From contig DASURP010000062.1 of the NCBI GenBank assembly GCA_036279975.1, forward strand, positions 35,990-99,989: 64,000 bases of DNA, in the 5' to 3' direction. The notes beneath the pieces were generated by a model, which did no database searches, was not told the origin of the DNA, and saw nothing but the letters and a program-made list of their open reading frames with translations. The translations under genes were made by a program, and so were the position numbers. Below, in pieces: positions 57,172 to 64,000 of this stretch (its first letter is position 1; the number at the start of each line of letters is the position of its first letter). Origin of the DNA: Rhodanobacteraceae bacterium (GTDB lineage: Bacteria; Pseudomonadota; Gammaproteobacteria; Xanthomonadales; Rhodanobacteraceae).

Positions 57172-58410
57172 ATGTCGATCGAAGTCAGAGTTCCGGTACT
57201 GCCCGAATCCGTCAGCGACGCCACCATCGCCACTTGGCACAAGCAGCCGGGCGACGCGGTCAAGCGCGATGAAAACCTGGTCGACCTCGAAACCGACAAG
57301 GTGGTGCTGGAGGTACCCGCGCCTTCCGACGGCGTGCTCAAGGAAATCCGCCACCAGGCCGGCGACACCGTCAACAGCCAGGACGTGATCGCGATCCTCG
57401 AGGAGGGCGCGGTAGCGGAAGCACCAAAAGCGGAGCCTGCGAAGCCGGCGGCGCCGGCCAAGGCGGAAGTGCCCGCGAAAGCGGGACCGGGGACCGGGAA
57501 CCAGGGACCGGCCAAGGCATCGCCTTCCGCAGCGGAACTATCTCCCGCTGGCCGCCGTGTCGCCACTGAAGAAAACATCGATGCTTCGCAAGTTCCCGGC
57601 ACCGGCCGTGGCGGACGCGTGACCAAGGAAGACTTGGTCAATTACTCGAAGGCCGAGAAACCGGCCGCGGCGCCTGCGCCTACCAGTCCCCGGGTTCCGA
57701 GTCCCGGCAGTCGTCCGGAAGAACGCGTGCCGATGACGCGCATGCGCGCGCGCATCGCCGAGCGCCTGATGCAATCGAAGAACTCGATCGCGATGCTGAC
57801 CTCTTCCAACGAAGTCAACCTCGCCAAGGTGGTCGCGATGCGCAAGCAGCTGGGCGAACAGTTCCAGAAGACCCACGGCATCAAGCTCGGCTACATGAGC
57901 TTTTTCGTGAGGGCCGCCAGCGAAGCCCTGAAGCGCCACCCGGTGGTGAACGCCTCGGTGGACGGCAACGACATCATCTACCACGGCTACCAGGACATTT
58001 CGATCGCGGTCGCGACCGACCGCGGGCTGGTGACCCCGGTGCTGCGCGACGCCCAGGACATGAGCTTCGCCGAGATCGAAAAGGCCATCGCCGATTTCGC
58101 GACCAGGGCGCGCGACGGCAAGCTGAGCCTGGACGACCTGCAAGGCGGCACCTTCACCATCACCAACGGCGGCACCTTCGGTTCGCTGTTCTCGACGCCG
58201 ATCGTGAACCCGCCGCAGAGCGGCATCCTCGGCATGCACACCATCAAGGAGCGCGCGGTGGTGGAAAATGGCCAGGTCGTCGCAGCGCCTATGATGTACA
58301 TCGCGATCAGCTACGACCACCGCATCGTGGATGGCAAGGACGCGGTGCTGTTCCTGGTGGACATCAAGAACCAGCTGGAGAACCCGTACAGCATGTTGCT
58401 TGGGCTTTGA
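57172..58410 (+). CDS. sucB: Dihydrolipoyllysine-residue succinyltransferase (E2o)
   Basis: Start reset to [24 protein letters not shown] (412 aa). Lipoyl motif [13 protein letters not shown] and catalytic SYDHRIVDG. Confidence 0.95.
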   Translation: MSIEVRVPVLPESVSDATIATWHKQPGDAVKRDENLVDLETDKVVLEVPAPSDGVLKEIRHQAGDTVNSQDVIAILEEGAVAEAPKAEPAKPAAPAKAEVPAKAGPGTGNQGPAKASPSAAELSPAGRRVATEENIDASQVPGTGRGGRVTKEDLVNYSKAEKPAAAPAPTSPRVPSPGSRPEERVPMTRMRARIAERLMQSKNSIAMLTSSNEVNLAKVVAMRKQLGEQFQKTHGIKLGYMSFFVRAASEALKRHPVVNASVDGNDIIYHGYQDISIAVATDRGLVTPVLRDAQDMSFAEIEKAIADFATRARDGKLSLDDLQGGTFTITNGGTFGSLFSTPIVNPPQSGILGMHTIKERAVVENGQVVAAPMMYIAISYDHRIVDGKDAVLFLVDIKNQLENPYSMLLGL

Positions 58411-58419
58411 CGCTTCGAG

Positions 58420-58525
58420 CCCCTCTCCCTCCGGGAGAGGGGTTGGGGTGAGGGTTCGGCATCGCCATATTCCTCACCGAACCCTCATCCGGCGCTGCGC
58501 GCCACCTTCTCCCGAAGGGAGAAGG
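58420..58525. repeat. Triple-hairpin REP-like element between sucB and lpdA
   Basis: CCCCTCTCC/GGAGAGGGG (58420-42), TGAGGGTTCGG/CCGAACCCTCA (58449-87) and CCTTCTCCC-GAA-GGGAGAAGG (58505-25). Confidence 0.5.
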
Positions 58526-58544
58526 AAAAACCAAGGATGCTGCA

Positions 58545-60005
58545 ATGAGCGACCCGCAGAGTTTCGACGTCATCTTCATTGGGGCCGGCCCGGCCGGCTA
58601 CATCGGTGCGATCCGCGCCGCGCAACTGGGCCTGAAAGTCGCCTGCGTCGACGCGTTCAAGGGCAAGGACGGCAAGCAGGCGCTGGGCGGAACCTGCCTC
58701 AACGTCGGCTGCATCCCGTCGAAGGCGCTGCTGGATTCCTCGAAGCAGTTCTGGGGCCTCGCGCACAACCTGCCCACCCACGGCATCAGCGTCGAGAACG
58801 CCAAGGTGGACATGAAGACGTTCATTGGCCGCAAGGACAAGATCGTCAAACAGTTCACCGGCGGCGTCGGCATGCTGTTCAAGAGCAACAAGGTGACGGC
58901 ATTCTTCGGCACCGGGAAGTTGCTCCGCAGTGATAAAAGCGGGGGCAACCAGGTGGAGGTCACCGGCGAAGACGGCAACAAACAGACGCTCAAGGCGGCC
59001 AACGTCATCATCGCCACCGGCTCGGTGCCGATCGAACTCCCGTTTGCGAAGTTCGACGGGAAAAACATCATCGACAACGCCGGCGCACTCGATCTCGACA
59101 AGGTGCCGAAAAGCCTCGGGGTGATCGGCGCGGGCGTGATCGGGCTGGAACTGGGTTCGGTGTGGAAGCGCATGGGCGCGGAAGTCACCATCCTGGAAGC
59201 ATTGCCCGACTTCCTCGGCGCCGCCGACCGGGACATTTCCATGGTCGCCGCGCGGGAATTCAAGAAGCAGGGCCTGGACATCCACCTGGGCGCCAAGGTC
59301 GGCAAGGCCGAGGTGAAGAAGGCATCAAAGAATGAATCGGCCGTCGAGGTGACCTACTCCGACAAGGATGGCGAGCACAAGCTCACCTTCGACAAGCTGC
59401 TGGTCGCGGTGGGGCGGCGTGCCTATACGCAAGGCCTGCTGGGCGATGGCACGGGCGTCAAAACCGATGATCGTGGGCGCATCGAGGTCGACGAACACTG
59501 CTGGACCGGGGTCGATGGCGTGTGGGCCATCGGCGACTGCGTGCGCGGTCCGATGCTGGCGCACAAGGGAGAGGAAGAAGGCGTGATGGTGGCCGAACTG
59601 ATCGCGGGCCGCGCCGGCCACGTCGACTACGGCGTGATCCCGTGGGTGATCTACACCGAACCCGAAATCGCCTGGGCCGGCAAGACCGAAAAACAGTGCA
59701 AGGACGAAGGCATTCCGTACCGGACCGGATCGTTCCCGTTCGCCGCCAACGGCCGCGCAGTGGCGATGAACGAACCCGCGGGCCAGGTGAAGGTGATTGC
59801 ACACGCGGAAACCGACCGCATCCTCGGCGTGCACATGGTTGGCCCGGTGGTATCGGAATTGATTGCCGAAGCCGTGGTGGCGATGGAGTTCAAGGGCTCG
59901 TCCGAAGACCTGGCCCGCATCGTCCATGCCCACCCGACCCTCTCCGAAGTCGTGCACGAAGCCGCACTCTCCGTCGACAAGCGGGCCCTCAACAAAGCAA
60001 ATTGA
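58545..60005 (+). CDS. lpdA: Dihydrolipoyl dehydrogenase (E3)
   Basis: 486 aa: GAGPAGY FAD motif, redox disulfide [13 protein letters not shown] and C-terminal HAHPTLSE. Confidence 0.95.
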   Translation: MSDPQSFDVIFIGAGPAGYIGAIRAAQLGLKVACVDAFKGKDGKQALGGTCLNVGCIPSKALLDSSKQFWGLAHNLPTHGISVENAKVDMKTFIGRKDKIVKQFTGGVGMLFKSNKVTAFFGTGKLLRSDKSGGNQVEVTGEDGNKQTLKAANVIIATGSVPIELPFAKFDGKNIIDNAGALDLDKVPKSLGVIGAGVIGLELGSVWKRMGAEVTILEALPDFLGAADRDISMVAAREFKKQGLDIHLGAKVGKAEVKKASKNESAVEVTYSDKDGEHKLTFDKLLVAVGRRAYTQGLLGDGTGVKTDDRGRIEVDEHCWTGVDGVWAIGDCVRGPMLAHKGEEEGVMVAELIAGRAGHVDYGVIPWVIYTEPEIAWAGKTEKQCKDEGIPYRTGSFPFAANGRAVAMNEPAGQVKVIAHAETDRILGVHMVGPVVSELIAEAVVAMEFKGSSEDLARIVHAHPTLSEVVHEAALSVDKRALNKAN

Positions 60006-60010
60006 CGACA

Positions 60011-60266
60011 GGATGTCGTCGTCCCGGACAGCACATGGATGCGCGTTGATCCGGGATCCAGCTTCAAACTGGATGTCGTCATCCCGTGCAGGCCATGGAT
60101 GGCCGACGACACGGGATCCAGATCAAAAAACGTTCATTCCGTGCAGCACAGGCATGTGCACTGATTCGGGATCCAGCCTTTGCTCGTCATCCCGGCGCAG
60201 GCCGGGATCCATTTTGATCGTACTGCCGACGCATGCTGGATTCCGGCCTGCGCCGGAATGACGGCG
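60011..60266. repeat. Array of four REP-like units, ending in a 27-nt inverted doublet
   Basis: Units starting GGATGTCGTC at 60011 and 60071 (about 60 nt each, roughly 40/60 identical, each ending CGGGATCCAG). A third degenerate unit lies at 60131-84. Then CGTCATCCCGGCGCAGGCCGGGATCCA (60185-211) faces TGGATTCCGGCCTGCGCCGGAATGACG (60237-63). Confidence 0.65.
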
Positions 60267-60273
60267 AAAAACA

Positions 60274-61290
60274 ATGACCACAGACTCGACCTTCCGCGCC
60301 TTCCGCATCCACAACGACTCGGCTGGCTACCGTACCGGCTTCGAGACGATGCGTGCCGACGAGCTCTCGCCGGGCGAAGTGCTGATCAGGGCCGCGTATT
60401 CGTCGGTCAACTACAAGGACGCCCTGGCGGGCACCGGCAACGGCAAGATCCTGCGCCGGTTCCCGTTGAACGGCGGCATCGATGTCGCCGGCCGCGTCGT
60501 TGCATCGACCGACCCTGGATTCAGGGAAGGCGACGCGGTGCTGTGCACCGGCTGCGGACTCTCGGAGACCCGCGACGGCGGCTATGCCGAATACGCGCGC
60601 CTGAAATCCGCATGGACCATCCCATTGCCGAAAGGCTTGTCGTTGCGCGAGAGCATGGTCCTCGGCACGGCCGGCTTCACCGCTGCGCTGGCGCTGTTCC
60701 GGATGCGCGACAACCGCCAGGCGCCGGGACTCGGGCCGATCGCGATCACCGGCGCGACCGGCGGCGTCGGCATGCTGGCCGTGGATATTTTCAGCAGGGC
60801 GGGCTTCGACGTGCACGCGATCAGCGGCAAGCCGGAGCACGCCGATTTCCTGAAACGGCTCGGCGCACGCGAAGTACTGGATCGCCACACGCTCGATCTC
60901 GGCAGCCGCGCGCTCGAGTCCGCGCGCTTCGGCGGCGCCGTGGACAGCGCCGGCGGTATACTCCTGGCACGACTCCTGGCCGCAACCTCGCCCTACGGCA
61001 ACGTCGCCAGCATCGGACTCGCCGCCGACAGCAAGCTCGACACCACCGTGATGCCCTTCATCATCCGCGGGGTCAGCCTGCTCGGCATCGCCTCGGCCGG
61101 TACCGCGCGCGACATCCGCGATTCCATCTGGCGGCACCTTGCGTCGGACTGGAAGCCCGCGCACCTCGATGCGATTTGCACCAACGAAGTGGCGCTGGAA
61201 GGACTTCCCGAAGTGTTCGCGGGCATGCTGGCCGGCCACTCATTCGGACGCACACTGGTCCGCATCGACGCAGCCAGCACGTCGGATTGA
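60274..61290 (+). CDS. YhdH/AcuI-type MDR oxidoreductase (acrylyl-CoA reductase-like)
   Basis: 338 aa: SSVNYKDALAGTGNGKILRRFPLNGGIDVAG...ITGATGGVG. Confidence 0.85.
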   Translation: MTTDSTFRAFRIHNDSAGYRTGFETMRADELSPGEVLIRAAYSSVNYKDALAGTGNGKILRRFPLNGGIDVAGRVVASTDPGFREGDAVLCTGCGLSETRDGGYAEYARLKSAWTIPLPKGLSLRESMVLGTAGFTAALALFRMRDNRQAPGLGPIAITGATGGVGMLAVDIFSRAGFDVHAISGKPEHADFLKRLGAREVLDRHTLDLGSRALESARFGGAVDSAGGILLARLLAATSPYGNVASIGLAADSKLDTTVMPFIIRGVSLLGIASAGTARDIRDSIWRHLASDWKPAHLDAICTNEVALEGLPEVFAGMLAGHSFGRTLVRIDAASTSD

Positions 61291-61438
61291 CTTTGCGATC
61301 GACTTGCAAGCCAATGATTTGTCTCAAGCGTTTTGCGTATTCTTGAGACGACCCTGAGCCACCACAACCGGCCCGGCAAGCATGGCGCTTCGGGTTTCGG
61401 TTCCCTACAATGTGCGCTTCCGTTGCGGGGAGCCATGC

Positions 61439-61804
61439 ATGTCACGCATCCTGATCGTTGACGATTCGCCATCCCAACTGGAAGGCCTGAAACGGCTGGT
61501 CGAGAAACTCGGACACCAGACACTCACCGCAACCGACGGCGCGGCGGGGGTTGAAACCGCCAAGCGTGACAAGCCCGATCTCGTCTTGATGGACGTGGTG
61601 ATGCCGAACCTCAACGGGTTTCAGGCGACGCGTGCGATCTCGAAGGATCCCGATACTGCGCATATCCCGGTGATCCTGGTGACCACCAAGGACCAGGAAA
61701 CCGACAAGGTCTGGGGCATGCGCCAGGGCGCCAAGGCCTATGTCACCAAACCCGTGAACGAAGCCGAGCTGACCAAGGCGCTGGGCGCAGCGTTGGCCAA
61801 GTAG
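61439..61804 (+). CDS. Single-domain CheY-like response regulator
   Basis: Start reset to MSRILIVDDSPSQL (121 aa). Acceptor context DLVLMDVVMP, later VTTK and K-P. Confidence 0.85.
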   Translation: MSRILIVDDSPSQLEGLKRLVEKLGHQTLTATDGAAGVETAKRDKPDLVLMDVVMPNLNGFQATRAISKDPDTAHIPVILVTTKDQETDKVWGMRQGAKAYVTKPVNEAELTKALGAALAK

Positions 61805-61832
61805 GCGCAGCCATATCGATGGCTCGGCCTAC
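61801..61832. terminator. Hairpin spanning both stop codons of the convergent response regulator and cbpA genes
   Basis: GTAGGC..AGCCAT-ATCG-ATGGCT..GCCTAC. No U-run. Confidence 0.3.
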
Positions 61833-62737
61833 CGCGGATCGAACCCCGGGAACGCCTGTTCAAACGCCTTGTACGCTTCCCTGGCCTGATCGTTGTCTGC
61901 GGGCGGCGTCCGGATCGACAGGGTGACGATCTGGTCTCCGGGCGTCCTGCCCGGCATTCCGCGCCCCTTGAGGCGCAGCTTGCGTCCACTGTGCGAACCC
62001 GCGGGAACCCGGAGTTCCACTGTGCCGCCCAGTGTCGGTACCGGCACCTTGGCGCCCAGTGCCGCTTCCCAGGGCGAAACCGGCAATTCGGCTTCCACGT
62101 CGCGTCCATGCAGCCTGAACTGCGGATCGTCGCGCACCAGCACTTCCAGCAAGAGGTCGCCCGCCGGGCCGCCGTTGTAGCCGGGCTCGCCCTGCCCGCC
62201 GAGGCGGATCACCTTGCCCGGCAGGATGCCGGCGGGAATGTTCACTTCCAGCGTGCGTTCACCCGTTGCATCGCGCAGGCCCATCCGCTGCTTGCCGCCC
62301 GAATACGCCGTACGCAGGTCGATCTCCACGCCGGCGCGTATGTCGTTGCCGCGCATGGGCCCGCGTTGGGGGCGCGCCCCCGCGGCGCGCCCCCCGAACA
62401 GTGATTCGAAGAAATCGCTGAAGCCCCCCGCATCGCCGCCACCGAAATCCCTGAACTCGAAGCCGCCCGGCGCCTGCTGCTGCCACCCCGGCGGCGGCCG
62501 GAAGTTGTCGCCGGCACGATAGCCGCCCGCGCGCAGGTTGTCGTAGGCTGCGCGCTTCTGTTTGTCGTGCAGCACCTCGTAGGCCTCGCTGATGGCCTTG
62601 AACTTGTCCTCGGCGCCGGCTTCCTTGTTCTTGTCCGGGTGGTACTTGCGCGCGAGCTTGCGGTAGGCCGCCTTGATCTCGTCGTCGCCCGCGCCTTGTT
62701 TCACGCCAAGGGTCTTGTAGTAATCCTGAAACTCCAT
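61829..62737 (-). CDS. cbpA: Curved-DNA-binding DnaJ homologue CbpA
   Basis: 302 aa. J domain DYYKTLGV...[13 protein letters not shown], Gly/Phe region, no zinc-finger Cys repeats, DnaJ C-terminal domains. Confidence 0.85.
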   Translation of the reverse strand: MEFQDYYKTLGVKQGAGDDEIKAAYRKLARKYHPDKNKEAGAEDKFKAISEAYEVLHDKQKRAAYDNLRAGGYRAGDNFRPPPGWQQQAPGGFEFRDFGGGDAGGFSDFFESLFGGRAAGARPQRGPMRGNDIRAGVEIDLRTAYSGGKQRMGLRDATGERTLEVNIPAGILPGKVIRLGGQGEPGYNGGPAGDLLLEVLVRDDPQFRLHGRDVEAELPVSPWEAALGAKVPVPTLGGTVELRVPAGSHSGRKLRLKGRGMPGRTPGDQIVTLSIRTPPADNDQAREAYKAFEQAFPGFDPR

Positions 62738-62831
62738 CCAGGTTCCCCGCGATCGCGCAAAAGGCCGCGGCGGATTGCTCCGCCGCGGTTACAATTATGC
62801 CGCACCGACCCGGCCAAATGCCGGCAAGGAC

Positions 62832-63281
62832 TCACTCGACCGCGATTTCGATCTTGCGCGGCGTGGTTTCCGGGCGCTTCGGGATCTCGATTTCCAGTAC
62901 GCCGTGCTTGCCGCTGGCGCGGATGCCATCCGGATTCGCACTGTCGGGCAGCGCAAAGCGGCGATGGAACACGCCGTGCGCGCGCTCGACGCGCGTGTAC
63001 TTGCCGTCCCCGGCCTTGTGTTCGGTCCTGCGCTCGCCGCGGATCGACAGCACGCCCTTGTCCATGTTGATCTCGATGGCCTTCGGATCGACGCCCGGGA
63101 TGTCGGCTTCGATCACGAAGCGCTTGTCTTCCTCGCGGATGTCCACGCGCGGCGCCCATTCGCTGGTCACCACGTCGGACTGGTCCGTGGATTCCAACTC
63201 GAACAGCTGGTTGAACGCATCCGCGAACTCGCGGGGAAAACGGCCGGCAACCGGCCAGTAGGGGGAACGCTGCATAGCCAT
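62832..63281 (-). CDS. Hsp20/alpha-crystallin small heat-shock protein
   Basis: 149 aa: WAPRVDIREEDKRFVIEADIPGV...GVLSIRGER...F.RRFALP...GVLEIEIPK. Confidence 0.9.
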   Translation of the reverse strand: MAMQRSPYWPVAGRFPREFADAFNQLFELESTDQSDVVTSEWAPRVDIREEDKRFVIEADIPGVDPKAIEINMDKGVLSIRGERRTEHKAGDGKYTRVERAHGVFHRRFALPDSANPDGIRASGKHGVLEIEIPKRPETTPRKIEIAVE

Positions 63282-63328
63282 GGCAGACTCCTATGGGTTG
63301 ATTGGCCACACCGGGCCGTTGGTCCCGA

Positions 63329-63356
63329 GGTATGGGCCGACGGAGCGCTTTCAAGC
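63329..63356 (-). promoter_or_regulatory. Sigma32-type heat-shock promoter upstream of hsp20-cbpA
   Basis: The reverse strand reads G-CTTGAAA-GCGCTCCGTCG-GCCCATAC, against the consensus CTTGAA-N13/14-CCCCATnT. It lies about 45 nt upstream of the hsp20 ATG. Confidence 0.5.
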
Positions 63357-63411
63357 CCGGCCGCCAACGCGCTGGAGTACGATGGCGGGATCAATCCGAC
63401 AGGACCGAACC

Positions 63412-63888
63412 ATGACGATCCAGGCTGGCCAGCGTGTTCCCCAAGCCACCTTCGCCGTACTGAGTAATGGCGTCAAGCAACTCACCACCGACGATGTGTT
63501 CAAGGGCAGGAAGGTCGTGCTGTTCGCGGTGCCCGGCGCCTTCACCCCGACCTGTTCGGAACGCCACCTGCCGGGTTACATCGAGCACTACGGGGATTTC
63601 AGGAAACGCGGCATCGACGTCGCCTGCATGGCCGTCAACGACGCCTTCGTGATGCAGGCCTGGGCGCAGCACCGCCATGTGCCCGACGGCATGCTGATGC
63701 TGGCTGATGGCAACGGCGACTTTGCCAAGGCGCTGGGTCTGGAATCCGACGCCAGCAAGTTCGGGATGGGCATGCGCTCCAAGCGCTTCGCCTTCTATGC
63801 CGAGGACGGCGTGGTCAAGGTGCTGCACGTCGAGGCACCCGGAGAGTTCCGGGTTTCAAGCGCCGAGGCGATGCTGGCGGCGATTTGA
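63412..63888 (+). CDS. Peroxiredoxin, Prx5/type-II (atypical 2-Cys) class
   Basis: Start reset to MTIQAGQRVP (158 aa). VVLFAVPGAFTPTCS peroxidatic Cys motif. Confidence 0.9.
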   Translation: MTIQAGQRVPQATFAVLSNGVKQLTTDDVFKGRKVVLFAVPGAFTPTCSERHLPGYIEHYGDFRKRGIDVACMAVNDAFVMQAWAQHRHVPDGMLMLADGNGDFAKALGLESDASKFGMGMRSKRFAFYAEDGVVKVLHVEAPGEFRVSSAEAMLAAI

Positions 63889-64000
63889 TGGCAACTCACG
63901 CCGGCCCGCCCGTCCCTGCAATTCGAATCGAGGCGGTGATTTTCGACTGCGACGGCACGCTCGTGGACAGCGAGTTGCTTGCCAACACCGTCCTCGTCGA
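63888..64000 (+). CDS. HAD-superfamily hydrolase, N-terminal fragment (runs off the window end)
   Basis: Hand translation gives MATHAGPPVPAIRIEAVIFDCDGTLVDSELLANTVLV. DxDGT motif I. TGATG overlap with the peroxiredoxin stop. Confidence 0.6.
   Translation, partial: MATHAGPPVPAIRIEAVIFDCDGTLVDSELLANTVLV

Noticed and set aside
60011-60266. CRISPR array
   Set aside because: The repeats are contiguous and imperfect. They have internal palindromes and no unique spacers of constant length, and no cas genes are present. This is REP/BIME-like, not CRISPR.

Overview
High-GC chromosomal segment. From gene content (type-B L36, aguA/aguB, FimX-like protein, giant NAD-glutamate dehydrogenase, characteristic REP families) I infer a Xanthomonadales/Lysobacterales-type gammaproteobacterium. 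I can support about 65 protein genes, mostly core functions: ubiG, efp/epmB, nadK, a 1648-aa NAD-GDH, an RND efflux pair, rpsP-rimM-trmD-rplS, ffh, tkt, rpmJ, aguA/aguB, yggS, SPFH/NfeD, c-type cytochromes, phhB, an FkpA/Mip-like PPIase, fumC, purB, sucA-sucB-lpdA, hsp20-cbpA and a peroxiredoxin. I saw no rRNA, tRNA, CRISPR array, transposase, integrase or phage gene. Many long ORFs in the track are antisense or out-of-frame artefacts of the high GC content, so several gene starts were re-set by hand. Non-coding content includes at least three REP-like palindromic repeat families, several hairpin terminators, a near-consensus sigma70 promoter with an embedded palindrome, and a sigma32-like promoter. 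Accessory-looking modules worth a second look: (1) a six-gene YtrA-type GntR / ABC transporter / twin-lipoprotein operon at 44.7-48.7 kb; (2) an sdpR-sdpI-alpha/beta-hydrolase islet between ffh and ypjD; (3) a PadR plus membrane-sensor pair; (4) a secreted S1-type protease with a roughly 400-aa unrecognised C-terminal region; (5) a FimX-like REC-PAS-GGDEF-EAL protein with degenerate sites. None of these is a demonstrably new system on sequence alone, and I did not find a canonical defence or mobile system. All motif coordinates were counted by hand and may be off by 1-2 nt.
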